From contig OZ024745.1 of the NCBI GenBank assembly GCA_964016885.1, positions 71,424,001-71,488,000 on the forward strand: a stretch of 64,000 nt of DNA, read 5' to 3'. Shown here piece by piece: positions 28,936 through 43,090 of this stretch. Made by a program: the position numbers and the translations under genes. This stretch comes from Eledone cirrhosa. Taxonomy: Eukaryota. Every line of letters begins with the position of its first letter. Within the stretch, counting starts at the first letter, position 1. Below the pieces are notes generated by a model. It was not told the origin of the DNA, ran no database searches, and was given only the letters and a program-made list of their open reading frames with translations.

Positions 28936-30007
28936 CAACGACATGTAGAAATAAATATACAAACACATTGCATTTTTGTATGTTTAATTGTGTAATTCAT
29001 GTACCACGACAGAAATCTAAAAACACCACAAAATTGAAAGTAATAGATTTTGCGTGTTATTAAATACTCCTCCACAACAGAATTGCTCCAGTTTCAACAC
29101 ACGGTTTCAGGTCAAGTCACTTGACCCGAACTTATCTACGAAGTATGGATTAATCGTTACTAAAGCAGACTAACAGTTTTCCACCACTAAATTATCAATT
29201 CACATGTCCAACTGATATTAAGCCGAAACTATTTATTACTCTAATGAAGCTATATAAAACAAAAGGTTATACCCTTTATTAGAATTATATTTAATAACGA
29301 ATTCGGAATTCCAATCATGGAAGTGAGCCGTTCAATAGTCCCGAGGTAATACAATATAACCCAATTTTATAATTGTTCATTGTATTTGAAACTTGTGCTC
29401 AGTCAACTATTATATTACGGTTATATTCACACAGAAAACCGATAGAATATCTTCAGATTCTTTTCGGTTCGCTGCGCACTGAGTTCAAACCCCACTACAG
29501 TCAACTTTGATTTTCATCCTTTCGGAATCGATGAATAAAGGAGTATCTTCTAGCTCTCTGGAATATATCAGTCTTCGTCAATCCTGGAGAGAAATTGATT
29601 CAACTTGGTGGAAAATGACCAAGGCACGCCGTATGTCGCAACTCCATTAAGAACCTAGGGATCAAGAACAAGGACAAATTCACCCGGAATGGAAACAACA
29701 GTGAGGTGATTCAGTATCGTTAATTACATATTTTCTTTACAATCTGTAACGTAACTTAACATTGACACTAAATATATTCATTTACTTTACGGTGTAGCTA
29801 CAGTTGTGGTCTTAATTATCCGACATAGAACGATGTCTATATAACCCTGGTAAATTGGAACCAAGTCCTTTATAAATTAATATATCTAGTAAAATATCCA
29901 ATTTCATTACCATAAAAAAAAAAAATAAAAAAAATAAAAAAAGTTGGGTTGGCGTTATCTGTGAAGAATTATTTGCCAAAACTTAATATCCAGTTTATTA
30001 AATAGAA

Positions 30008-30354
30008 CTAGCTGGCCCCGTGCCGTTAGAAATGACGGATTATTGTAATATCTTATATAAAAAGGGTACAGAGTCAAGTTTTTTTAGTTTAATAGTTCTT
30101 TTGTAAGCTTTTTTTGTGGATAAAGTATCCGCAACAGAACCAAGATAATATATATGTACGAGTATATAAACACAAGTATAAATATATTTACACAAACGCG
30201 ATAATAGCCAATTCGCTACATATATATACACAAATGCAGCGAATCTCAGAACACTGGTCGCTGTTTTCTGTAGTTTGTCACCACCACCCTTTCTTCAGTC
30301 ATCTACCTTTCAGTGAGTGACGGACAAATAAATAATGAATATAATATTTCAGAT
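30008..30354 (-). mobile_element. Probable short non-autonomous Helitron; 5' end uncertain
   Basis: 3' end actagctggccccgtgccgttagaaatgacgg (CTAG|T with subterminal hairpin). Confidence 0.45.
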
Positions 30355-30673
30355 TACAATTTTTAGATTAATAATTTTTAAGAAATATATAAATCGGATA
30401 CATTTTCATTGATTTCATTTATTTTTTTTTAACTCAGAAATGTGAATTGATAAAATATTTGAATGTAACGAAAAGGGAAAATAAAATTCCCTGAGGAATG
30501 TAATGCTTTATTGGTTGAATTTAAAAGTTTATGTTCTGAAGACAATACATACGATTATGTACTTAAACTTTTAGATAAAAATAAAAACATAAAAAGGATG
30601 TATTTTAAGAAAAAATAATATTCGCATCAAAGAGGTTTATTTGTAGCTGATCGATTGACGCGAGGTTGCTGGA

Positions 30674-31462
30674 TTAAATAAACCCGGGGTAATGTTTATT
30701 AATAAAAGTAGACAAAGAAGTATAACGGATTATGCCAGACATGGAGAGTCGTTTCTTTGGGTCCAGTTGTAGTGTCCAAAAAACAATGTAGCGAAAATCT
30801 CGTCCGATGCGATTGTCTAAAGGAACATATGTGCCCTTTAACACATGAAAAATATCAGTAAAAGGCTGGTATTGTTTAATCATTTCGTACAATAATACGC
30901 CGAAAGACCAAACGTCTGTACTAAAATTATATGGTTTATTTGTTAACATCTCAGGCGACATGTACAATACTGTCCCAGCAAACGTTTGTGCAAAAATCTG
31001 GTTTTTCAATTTTCTAGCCAGGCCAAAGTCCGAAATTCTAACACTGCAAGCTCTGTCAAGTAATATGTTTTGGGGTTTCAAATCTCGATGAATGATATTT
31101 TGACTGTGTATATATAGCAAGCCTAGACAAATCTGAGAAACAATATTATATAATTGCCATTGTGGAACTGGGCCGTTACGAAAATACTGTATTATTTTCT
31201 GCAAATCACCAAAATTACAGTATTCGAGAACTATAGATAGCGAGCCATTTTCGAAAAAATAGTCGTTAACTTTGATGATAAATGGATGATTTAACTCACG
31301 GAGAAATGATATTTCTTTCATTGAAGATATTCGTTCAGAACGACTTCGAATATTTGCAATTTCTTTCAAGGCATATTGTTTTTTCGTCCGATTATTAACA
31401 ACGAGAAATACAGTTCCGAATGCACCAGACCCTAGTTTTCTCAATTTTCTGTAATCCGTCAT
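30674..31462 (-). CDS. Intronless NIMA-related (NEK-like) serine/threonine kinase, 262 aa, kinase domain only
   Basis: Uninterrupted ORF with intact GSGAFG, ALK, alphaC Glu, HRDLKPQN, DFG, GTVLYMSPE and DVWSFG. NEK-type NKPYNFSTDVWS. AATAAA ~35 nt after the stop (30636-30641). Confidence 0.9.
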   Translation of the reverse strand: MTDYRKLRKLGSGAFGTVFLVVNNRTKKQYALKEIANIRSRSERISSMKEISFLRELNHPFIIKVNDYFFENGSLSIVLEYCNFGDLQKIIQYFRNGPVPQWQLYNIVSQICLGLLYIHSQNIIHRDLKPQNILLDRACSVRISDFGLARKLKNQIFAQTFAGTVLYMSPEMLTNKPYNFSTDVWSFGVLLYEMIKQYQPFTDIFHVLKGTYVPLDNRIGRDFRYIVFWTLQLDPKKRLSMSGIIRYTSLSTFINKHYPGFI

Positions 31463-32728
31463 GATGAGTGTTCAGAATGTATTATAGCATCTTATATTCA
31501 ATTCGCTCAAATGAACTTCAATATCATTGAGCATTAAATGACAGTAAACTAGATATTTATAATTATTTATCACGAGTTCATGGTGCATGTGTGTGTGTAT
31601 ATATATATGTGTGTGTGTGTGTGGATATAGATATATAAAATGAATATATCTTCGCGTGTGCAGGTTCGAATAGAACCATGTTAAAATTATTTACAATAAT
31701 ATACTCGCCCTACGAATTTTTTCCGATGGAATTTATTTTTGTTTACTAAAGATAACCTTTTGGGACCCGGGGGTTCCAGGTTCAAATACTAACGGTATTG
31801 AATTTGCGTTTCATCCATCACGACTTTTTATAAATTAGTCAAAGGAAAAGATTAGTGAGTCTGTCCTTTTGCAGATCCTACCAGTCTAATGAAATTGACG
31901 TACCTGATGTTTGACCTGGACATCTGTAGATCAACGTGGGAACGTGGAATCTGGTCTGAATGATTATAACAGACTAACCAACCACCTTTAAATATACTAA
32001 GTAACATGGTGGTGGTGGTGGTTGTGGTGGCGTTAAACAGAGCGACTAATTTGGCCTATAATCCACAATTAACTTCTACATCCAATGGAAAAAATTTTCA
32101 TTTTATCCTTTCAGAGGTCGATAAAATAAAGTCAATCGATTAAATCAACCCCAGTCGAGCACTGGGGCTAATCTTATCGACGAACCCAACCAAAAAAAAA
32201 AAAAGAAAATTACTAGCATAGTGCCTAAGTTAGAAATCAGTATTTTCTCACCGCTCGACGGCGTAACGATTCTGCCAATTTGTACATGTGCTGTTGCGTG
32301 ATATTAATGCATTTCTTGATAAATATAGTGTCACACGACTACCATCACACTAATACTACTAATACTGCAACTACTATTACTACTACGGTCATTATTGGCA
32401 ATTAAGTATGACTTGGTAATGTGTAACATGTTTCCCCTTAAGGGTTTTAGGTATGCATGTAGTCCCGAACTGGATCCAATGAAACATTCAGGATATGACA
32501 GCTAGAAATTAGGTAATTTCATTTTCTACCCATAAAAGATGAAAAGCAAAGTGAACCTTGGTAGGATTTGAACTCAGAAGGCAGGTAGATCGGGAACAAA
32601 TATCTAAAGCTCTAAAGACTCTGCCAAATTAACTAAAGTGTAAAGTATGTAAGTCGTTAGAACGTCATCTAGAACGTTCTATACTGTCTATGCTCTGAGT
32701 TCAAATCCAAGTCAATTTTGCCTTTCAT

Positions 32729-32778
<50 letters not shown>

Positions 32779-32790
32779 TATTCTTTCTTG

Positions 32791-32856
<66 letters not shown>

Positions 32857-32939
32857 CCTTTCTTTTCTTTCTATTTCTCTACCTCTCACTTTTTCACTCT
32901 CTGAAAGAATTGTCAGTGTTCAAACCTAGAGAGGGATGA

Positions 32940-33370
32940 GTATCGTCAGGTTTAAATGCCCAGAAAGCTCCGTAAGTTATGACGGCCAAAGTGATACACA
33001 GCATGGCATGCCTTGATCACTGATGTCGACTAGAAAAGCTCAAATTCTACAATGAGCATTACATCCTATGTATGATGGGGAAAATATTCCAGCAATATTG
33101 CCCAAATGATGATAGCATCAACCTTAAAACCCACCCAAACCTGGGTTCCGTGCTAATAAATATTGAGTTCGCATCATATCACAACATTTTACAAGTATTT
33201 CATCTCAACTGTTCCTATACTCTTTAATATAATACCAAAACACATCAAGGCAGAAAAAGATCCCATAACATTCTAAAGGTCCCTTCTTAAATTCCTCCAA
33301 GAAATTCTAGATAAACCCCCTGCAACCCAGATATGTATCCATCAACAACTCTTTACTCGATTGGGTTATG
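32940..33370 (+). mobile_element. Degenerate 3' end of a CR1/L2-type LINE
   Basis: Frameshifted LFNIIPKHIKAEKDPITF*RSLLKFLQEILDKP...NNSLLDW resembles the CR1 ORF2 C-terminus. Confidence 0.55.
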
Positions 33371-33492
33371 GTATCTGAAGTATTGTTCAAATATGAAGAA
33401 TGTTTTAGAAGGTATTAGGTTAGACATAGCCTTGTCCAACTATCAAAGTTATACATACATACATACATACATACATACATACATACATACAT

Positions 33493-34341
33493 ACACGAAA
33501 TACCTGATTCACAAAAGAGATAGGGATGCAGGCAAAACACCTAGATATGACAAGTGCAGACTCTGCAGAATTAACATCGAAGATGTCATCGCGGTACTAT
33601 CTACCAATGAGGCATGATGTAGTGGCCAAAACACTGTACAATGTAATCCGTAGAAAGGATAGCCCTGATAAACACATTAAAAGCTACAGCAATGTGGAAG
33701 ACATACATACACGTAATATGAAAGAGTACTGGTGGAATGTTCCAGTAAAACCCCCAATAAAATGCAGGCATAACAGACCAGATATAATGATATGGGACAA
33801 GGAAAAGAAGGCATGCACAGTAGTGGAAGTTAGCTGCCCAGCAGATGCCAATATAATATCAAAGATTAGCGAAAGGGAGAATATTTATGCAGAACTAATG
33901 AAAAATCTGCAGATACGCCACCCTGATTATACCTTCAGATTTATGCCTGTGGTCATTGGGGCACTGGGATATGTTAGTAACTGCCTCAATACAAATCTTG
34001 AGAAGCTGGGCTTCACAGGAACAGAAAGAACACAACTAGTTAGAAAATTACAATTACAATCGATTAATGGAACAGTAAAAATATGTAAAACATTCCAAAC
34101 ATTTTGGATCTAATAACTGCATATACACATGTACAGATACAAAGCGTATGCACATGCACACATACAACTCAAAACATCCACATCCACACATACAATAACA
34201 TCCATATCTACACATGCAGACATACAGACATATCTACCTAGTTGATGTTGTGTAAATTCCAATGAGAGAGTCTCGTAACTATGTTAGAAACCGACTCCCT
34301 CTTTATTGGCAAAAATTTGTGAAATTATAAAATCAGAAGAA
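33493..34341 (+). mobile_element. R4/Dong-clade RLE retrotransposon, 5'-truncated (copy A)
   Basis: CRLC knuckle, RHD, RPD-x-VEVSCP and VVIGALG endonuclease motifs (ORF 33526-34113). 3' UTR matches 57158-57391. (CATA)n at 33451-33494 and CATACATA after 34341. Confidence 0.9.
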
Positions 34342-34346
34342 CATAC

Positions 34347-34442
<96 letters not shown>

Positions 34443-34561
34443 ATCAGGACTTTCCTGATGATTTCTTCCCAATGAAACAGTTCTAGTCCTGCAGTCATTT
34501 CTATAATAAAATAACTATGTCTATACTCATATATATATATATAAATACATACATACATACA

Positions 34562-34593
<32 letters not shown>

Positions 34594-34601
34594 AATATAT
34601 A

Positions 34602-34632
<31 letters not shown>

Positions 34633-34636
<4 letters not shown>

Positions 34637-34805
34637 ATAATAATAAATTTGAAGACTAAAATCCAAAGAGGGCTCGATAGGGATAAATATATATCAAATA
34701 TATAAGAACCGTAGAGCAAATATTTATTAAAATTAGTTAGTTTCAGAATATCCCGTTAAGGGTGAAAGCAGCCATTCTTTGCTTAAACTTTAATCTGTTA
34801 TTTTA

Positions 34806-34810
<5 letters not shown>
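34633..34810 (-). repeat. Short TA-microsatellite-embedded repeat, copy 3 (longest)
   Basis: Reverse complement matches the copies at 9840 and 11947. Confidence 0.75.
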
Positions 34811-34892
<82 letters not shown>

Positions 34893-35339
34893 GTCTGTGT
34901 ATTACATTCAAGTAGTTTATTTAAATCTTCTTTATTTACCCCCGTATGTCTCTCAATACACTAAATAAATTCTATTATCCCATTTCTCATATTTCACACA
35001 TTCTTATGAATATTTTATTCAATTTCATTATTCAAAATTATTTAAATGAATGTAGAATCAATATTTATCTGTATATTATTTTCTCATAAAATACAAACCC
35101 CTATCACTTTCTCTCTTTCTCTTTCCCTCTCTACCTATCTTTCTATCTCTATCGTTTATAGATGAAATCTATAAGATGTGTTGATACCCACATGAAATAT
35201 CATTGCCAAGTTTTAAAGTTATTAAATACTATATGGGACCTCCCTTGATCAATCTTATTGCCAATATTTTTCCGCTGTTCTCATCAAATCAACACAATTG
35301 CTGAACCAAAATACCAAAATGAACCATATATATATATGG

Positions 35340-35446
<107 letters not shown>

Positions 35447-35462
35447 GTTCATATATATATAT

Positions 35463-35877
35463 AGTTTGGAGTTTGTAACTTAATCAAGAATTACATTTTG
35501 GTTCAGGAACTGTGGTGTGTGTGTGTGTATGTATGTGTGTATTTATACATGTATGTATGTGAATGTATGTTTTATGTATGTGTATGCACCTATATCTATT
35601 TATGCATATATATATATATATATAATATATATATATATATAGTAATAATAATAAATGAACCATATATATATATATATGGTTCATTTATTATTATTACTAT
35701 ATATATATATATATATATGTGCATAAATAGATATAGATGCATACACACACATATAAAACATACATTCACATACATACATGTATAAATACATACATACATA
35801 CATACATACATACATACACACACACCACAGTTCCTGAACCAAAATGTAATTCTTGATTAAGTTACAAACTCCAAACT
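35463..35877. repeat. ~415-bp quasi-perfect spacerless palindrome
   Basis: Outer ~55-bp arms are perfectly inverted. Symmetry continues inward to the centre gaaccata...tatggttc at ~35670. Confidence 0.9.
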
Positions 35878-35964
35878 GTTTAACATTGAAACCACTATAT
35901 TTTGAAGTTACTAAATTATTTATTTATTTAAACTTGCGTTTGCGATGATTAAGAATTTCACTTC

Positions 35965-36190
35965 GGATTATCCGACCTCTTCCTTTTCATACAGGTCACC
36001 GTTGAGACCTCTGGTGTCTTTGGTCCCCGCACTGCAAATTTCCTCTGCAAAATCGTAAATACAGCAGCCCACCTGAGAACGTGGCCTTGAGGCTGGATGG
36101 CTGTTGCAGCGGGTCTCGCTGACAATTCCCTATGGCAATACCTTCGCCATTCTCTCTGAGGGTATGGCCAAATCAACATTCAGACTGGAG
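35965..36190 (+). mobile_element. 3' fragment of a CRE-clade RLE retrotransposon
   Basis: FIQVTVETSGVFGPRTANFLCKI...WLLQRVSLTIPYGNTFAIL matches the CRE pattern ETxGxxG...QRxSxxxQRGN. Followed by (CT)n. Confidence 0.65.
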
Positions 36191-36195
36191 TGTAG

Positions 36196-36239
<44 letters not shown>

Positions 36240-37239
36240 ACTCTCACTCTCTCCCTCTCTTTCTCTCTTCCTTTCCTCTTTTGCTTCCTTCTCTTTCCTT
36301 TTTCTTGTTTCGTTCATATATTATTTTTTCTGTCTATCTTTACAATATTATAACAGTTAACAAAAGTTTGTTCATCTTTCTCGTATATTATTTTATTGGT
36401 GACTAGTTTACAGAGTTAACCCTGTTTTAATTTTTGAGGAAGAAGGCGAACAAGGGGCATATTATTGATAATATCCGACCCATAATTCTGCTAAATACAG
36501 AATTTAAAATTTTAGCCAAAATGCTAGCAAAGAGATTAACTCTTACTGTAAGTCGGGAAAACACAGAACCCATATAAAATATGCTTAAGCATCTTAAACA
36601 TATATTTAGTCTCACTGTGAGTATTCTAAACTGTGATCATGTCACAGAAACTTCATGACTAAATATATGTTATACATAAACACATGCTGTACGGGTTCAA
36701 ATATGCCTTTATTATGAATGACACTGTGTTAGTGCTATTGCTAATTCTTCATTATTTCAACACACTTGTAAAATAAAATGAAAGCAAAGCAAATGTGCAG
36801 ATTATCAGATCGGACCATGACAACAATGTTCCCATTTCTGTTTCGATTGAGAATACTATCGGCCGATATCAACTCCTGACAAAAGGAGCAACGTTAAATA
36901 ATGTATTTTACTCAATAACACATGCCACCCGGTTCAGAAATCTAACCCACGACCGTATTATCCTAACCATTAAGCAGCCTTCGTATAATAATCTTGGGTG
37001 GTAGGCTTGATCCATTGCCCGGTTTAACACCCAACATTGTCCTTGGCTATCTTTACCAGGATTCACTTTGTTCCAAATATTTCTGACACCAATCACGGAA
37101 GCCCAGAAAAATATGAAGTCTTCGCCACTGTCCTTAACTCCCTGACTACACAGTAAGCAGGAATACACATTCTGTCTTCTGTCCGATGATCTAACGATTC
37201 TGCCAGTCCAGTCCACTACCCTGACTATAGTAATTATTT

Positions 37240-37660
37240 CTAAATTTGGCACAAGACCAACAATTTGAAGGGGAAAGGAAAGTCGATGAAATCAACCCCA
37301 GTGCGTTACTGGTGCTTTATTTTATTGACCCCCGTAAGGATGAAAGACAAAGCTAACCTCGGCAGAATTGGAACTCAAAACGTGAAGAGCCGAACAAATA
37401 CTACTAAGCATTTGTCCGAGGTTTTATAACTCTGCCAACTATAATAATGGTTTCTGATCTAGGCAGAAGGCCAACAATTTTGAGGAGAGGAAAGTCGATT
37501 AAATCGACCCCAGAGCGTTATTGCTATTTTATTTCATCGAGCACGGGAGGATAAAAGGTAGAGTTTACCTCGACGTGATTTGAACCCAGAATATAAAGGG
37601 ATGTAACTAAATGCTGCAAAGCATTTTCTGCGATACTCTAACGACTTTGCCAATCCACCA
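37240..37660 (-). mobile_element. Two tandem degenerate SINEs (Meta-domain-like family)
   Basis: Reverse-complement cores gaccccc gtaaggatgaaag and gatttgaacccag. Confidence 0.7.
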
Positions 37661-40100
37661 CCATCACTATAATAATAATAAAAATAATAATATTAATAAC
37701 AAATTGCATTTTCCATCTTATGATCAGCTTTTCGTTAAAAATAGTAGATACATTGTAACGTTTTAATTTAGACATAATTTGGAATAAAGGTAATATAATA
37801 CAGAAGAAAATATATTGTTTTTTATGGGTGTGTTTTTTTACGAAATGCTGAGGAACTATCAGTCATAAGATCTGTAGTAAACATAGCTTGTTTGTCGTGG
37901 GGCCTTTGTATAAAATTCATTACAGTTTATTAAAAAAATAATAAGTAAAGAGATAGAAAGAGAAAAGAAAACAAGACAGCTCTCTACTTTTTTCCACGAA
38001 ATGGTTCTGGAAAACAGCCAAAAGAAATGGTTTTTATATTATTATTGAAAACTCTACATACACATTTTATATATTTGCCAATATGTCGGATGATATCAGA
38101 AGTCTACAGGTCTTTACATCTTTGCATTTTTATTTGTATTTTCATTTTTATTTATTTTTTTACAATTCTTCCTGTTGTTTGTTTGTTTTGGTTTTTGTTT
38201 GTTTGTTGTTGCTTTTTTTACTATGAGATAGAAAAGGCTTATTAGAAACTGGAAAATATCCCTGTTGTAACTTTTGTTTGTTTCTATATTTTATCGATTC
38301 AATCGAGTGCTCTTGGACGTGTTAGCAAAATTCCCTATTGTGAAGTTACATACTGACCCGTTACTTTTATGAACCTATATTGTGAGCAGACAGGCTTTTA
38401 ACTGATTTCATATTGCTGTGGAAATATATATATATAAAAAAAAATTGGCGTTCTTAAACTATTAGATACTAACATCAAATATGAGTGAGGTGTGTGTTTT
38501 TTTTGTTCAACTCTTGCAGCTATTGATTTCGAAACCAGTCGAACAGCAAGTATTTTCCTATAATAACAAACCCAAATATCAGCATGTTATCCAAGTTAAC
38601 AAAAGAAATACCAGACTAACTCATACAGGTGTAATAATACATTTTGACAATGAACCTATAACTGATACTTCGTGGTTTAAACTTAGACAACAATACCAAA
38701 GTTAATATTTCTAGAAACAATACTTAGTAAGAAAATTGAACAAATGCAACCTAAATCATATACTTTAACAATATGAATTCCAAATAACTATCAGCATGAA
38801 TTAATATATCAACAGTAGAATATGGTGTCCTTCATGACAGATCAATGTTGTTCCTTTTAATAGTACTTGCAATTTTATTCAACAAATTACAATTGGATTA
38901 TGTAATGTTTACAATAAAATACAGAAAAATAAAAAATGAAATAACAAAAGTACAGGGAAAGAAGGAGACTACATTCCTGTCAAAGTGGTATATCTCAGCT
39001 GCACTCTGAGAAGAAAATAGGTAACAGCTAGCGACACTCGCTACATCAGTCATTCCACCTCATGGAATAGTTTTAATTGTGTTTTCAATAGAAAGTCAAG
39101 TGGTATCCTTGGGGAATCAATCGATTGACAAAATCTCTGACATCGCTCGCTTACTAAGTGGGGTGGAACTCCTCAAGTCGGACCAAGGAAATAATGTTTC
39201 CATTGATCTTTCCGTTGCTAATACTATCTACCGGTCAGAAGGAGCAACGTGAAATAAAGTATCTTGCTCAAGGACATAACCTATCGCCCGGTCTGCGAAT
39301 CGAACTCGCAACATCACAATTGCGAACCCAATTCTCTAACCACTAACCCAGGTGCCTTAGTATCCATACTTCTTTTTAAATAAACCAATTCACGCAGAAT
39401 ATAATAAAATATTCTCGATTGAAATAGATTATCATTTTATTTGCTCTCAATGAGTAAATTAAATTTTTTTCACCAATTCTGAGAAACCCTGCAGTGTTTA
39501 TTTTGGCTCCTTGCATTCTGAGTTCAAATCACGTCGCGAAAATTTATATGGCATATTATCAAAAGTGTAAGAACATCGGACGAAATACATTATGGTGTTT
39601 ATTCCAGCTTCTTGCATTCTGAGTTCGTTCAAATCTGGCCGAGGTCAGCAAGATGACAAATTGGCAGACGTTTTAGAATATCAAATTAAATGTCCTGTCA
39701 TATTCCGGCTCCTTGTCCTTCTGAGTTCAAATCCCACCGTTGACAGCATTGCTTCTCATTCTTTCGGGAATAATTAACTAAAGTACCAGACTATGACGAG
39801 AAACTGGCGGAATCGTTAGAGCGTCGGAGGAGATGTCTTATGTTCAGAGTTCAAATCCTGTCGTGGACTATTTCTATTTGGGTGGTAGACTCAGTATGTT
39901 GCCTGGTTTAACGCTGCGAACTGTCCCTTGGCTGCTGTTAGCTGAGTCCACTCTGTTGCAAGGATTTGGAGCAGGTCGGTGACTTGTAGTTATTACGGAT
40001 GTCCGTTATTACTGGCATGGGGTTAGAATGCCTCCGGAACACATCGCTAGACAGATTTAAGAGCAAACCAACCGACAGGGTAGTGTGATTTATACATGTT

Positions 40101-40170
<70 letters not shown>

Positions 40171-40254
40171 GTGTGTGTGTGTGTGTATGAATGAAGTAAT
40201 TTCGTCGGAAAAGTCCAGGAAAAAAGAGTGCTCTATGTAGGTAACAGAGCTTAA

Positions 40255-40346
40255 TAGTTATGTAATAAACAACATAAGGCAATTATTCCATTTAAGAAAC
40301 CACTGGTAAATGGAATAATTGCCTTATGTTGTTTATTACATAACTA
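40255..40346. repeat. Perfect 40-bp inverted repeat with a 12-nt loop
   Basis: Arms 40255-40294 and 40307-40346. Confidence 0.92.
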
Positions 40347-41347
40347 ATATATATATATATATATATAAAGACCAATGGAATCATTATTTCCTTGGTCCAA
40401 TTTGACGAGTTACACCCCACTCGTACACCCTATTATATATATATATATATATAATTTGAGTAACTCTATGTCATTTAGTCGAGTGTCTTTTCCCTGGATG
40501 GTTTCTACGATGTCTGTGTGCGTAGTAACAACAGCAACAGCATCTGAAATGTAGGAGCAATACTCTTCTGTGTGTCTCACTTGAGGTTTATGGGACTAGA
40601 AAAGAATGTTTGAGCACAATTCACAGAACAATTCTGACAGGAGTAGTGACGAGAACGCTTGTGTTGTGACTCGTTGAAATAGTCATTGATACACGTTATT
40701 AGATAATATAATGATCAAAGAGAATTTACTGGAATGAGTTTACTGCTACAAGGAATCTAAATTGAAGAGTCGAATACGTTGTGTTTAGTGATAATTCATG
40801 AGATAACATACGTCAAGAAAGACCTTACGGGTAAAGAAATACACTAATATATATATATATAAATATAATAAGAAGGTAAAGATAGAATATAGCTAACTGC
40901 TCTGACAACAGAAAAGTAGTCGGTCAATGTTGTTAAAATGGAAGATGGGCCAATGGTTCGCTTGTCGATATTCACAATGGTGTAAAAGTTTAAAAGTAAT
41001 TGATATTGATTTTGGCATCCAATCAAATATAACTTCATCCCATTGCAGAATCCTACAATTTCTTTAAAGCTGAGAGTAAAAACAACAGTTATAAGAACAA
41101 TATTCCTTAAGAGGCCACATGGGAGAAAGAAAGAACAATAATCACAAAGGAATGAGCAAAGAAAAAATAAAGATTTTTATTTCATTATATTTTTAATTGA
41201 GCTGCGTTGTATTGGAGATTAATAAATTAAAACTGAAACAAAAACGACTCGGGTTAATTATTGGAACACTTCATTTCTAAAATGTTATTTTGTTAATTCT
41301 AATTTAATAAACTCTTCGTGTATTGTATAAAATCTCACACGTACATT

Positions 41348-41436
<89 letters not shown>

Positions 41437-41860
41437 TCACACACACGCACTCATATATATATACAGACACACACACACTCACATATACCCACATATATGA
41501 ATACATATAATATATATGCACACAAATGTGTGTGTGTATGGTAGACTAACAGGATACGTGTTTTCTCCACTCTTCTGTATTTTTCTCCTTTTTACTCTCG
41601 TTTATATCGGTTTTTCTTCTCTCTCCTAAACATCCTCTTTTCAGGTGAAAGATTAGCGTCCAAAACTTCAAGCATTCTTCCCAACTCTAACAAACATTAG
41701 ATTAATATGTTATTATTATTATTATTGTATTGTATTGTCCTCTTGAATTGTTTTTCTTGTTAACTTTTCTTGTGTATATGTGTGTGTGTATACGTATACT
41801 ATATTATGTTATATTATATTATATTATATTATATTATATTATATTATGCATAATGCATAG

Positions 41861-42095
41861 TCAAGACATATGATGAACAAGAACGGGGCAAGAGAGTCGC
41901 CCCACAAAACTCTTGTATCGATGGTTGAATTCATCAGTCTTACCATCTGGGGTGGTTACTACTGGTGAGGTATTCTCGTACATGACTCGGATCGCGTTGA
42001 TTACATCAGGTGGAATGCTATAAGTTTCGCGAATTTCATGCATTTTCTTGCGATTGATGGCGTCAAAGTCCTTTCGGAAATCGATAAACGCTGAC
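41861..42095 (-). mobile_element. RTE-clade reverse transcriptase fragment
   Basis: FIDFRKDFDAINR...AIRVMYENT, then in a shifted frame GDSLAPFLFIICLD. Confidence 0.8.
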
Positions 42096-42125
42096 ACAGC
42101 CTACACACTCACACACACACGCACA

Positions 42126-42157
<32 letters not shown>

Positions 42158-42687
42158 CACATATACATATATATATATGTATATACATTATATACACGGG
42201 TATCTAAAAATATTTCGAAAAGACAAAAGACAATTCTTCGATAGTAATTGTTCTTTTTTTTTAATATTAAAAAGATGCTAGAAATATCAGTTAAAATCCT
42301 CAAAATCTTTTAAAAGGAGGGAACATTTGATAACGAATTAGTATAAAAATGGAATGTTATCCATCATAAGATTCATAAGAATTTCTTCGTATTTTCTAAA
42401 AACTAACAATGTTACAGAAAATATTTTTTTAAGGACACGTAATAAGTGAACACTCAAGTATTACCCATCATATGACAGGTAAATGTTGAAGTATACGTTT
42501 ACCACTGTGGGTAACAGCAGGTAAATAAATAAAAATACATAAATATAAGGTAGGTGAATACATAAAATACATATCTAAATGCATTAATAAAAATAAATGT
42601 GAATTCACTATACCTGAAATATGACAAATATATAAGTAGGTAGCATTGGAGACTGGTCTCCCGTCTGATACGTTTCTCACCACAGAG

Positions 42688-43090
42688 CAGACCTGCCAAC
42701 TTTTAAAAACCCAAACGGGGAGTACCATGAAAAAAATGGCCTCAAAACGGGGAGAAATGAGGCAAAATGGGGAGATTTTACGTAATTGTTTCTACTTTTG
42801 GCACAAGGCCAGCAATTACCCAGTGTATTACTGGTTCTTTATTTTATCGACCCCCGTAAGGATGAAAGGCAAAGTTAACCTCGGCGGGATTTGAACTCAG
42901 AATGGCAAGGGCCGTAACTCTATACGTCAAAGCATGGCGTCCGACCCTCTACCGATACTGCCAATCCACCGCCCGTGTGGAGATTTTACATAATGAAAGC
43001 TATACCCATTTTCACAAGAGAAGACATCTCTCACCCACCCCAAACTGGGTGGGAGATCTCCCCAGCGGACGGAGAGAGTTGACAGGTCTG
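42688..43090. mobile_element. hAT-type MITE with a 6-bp TSD, containing a SINE insertion
   Basis: TIRs cagacctgccaact and agttgacaggtctg (1 mismatch). Flanking ACAGAG at 42682-42687 and 43091-43096. Confidence 0.75.
42787..42978 (-). mobile_element. tRNA-derived SINE with a 16-bp TSD
   Basis: TSD ggagattttac(g/a)taat at 42771-42786 and 42979-42994. Closely matches 27818-27997. Confidence 0.88.

Noticed and set aside
29914-29942. A-rich tract as the poly(A) tail of the kinase retrocopy
   Set aside because: Wrong strand for a minus-strand gene and separated from it by a Helitron-like end.
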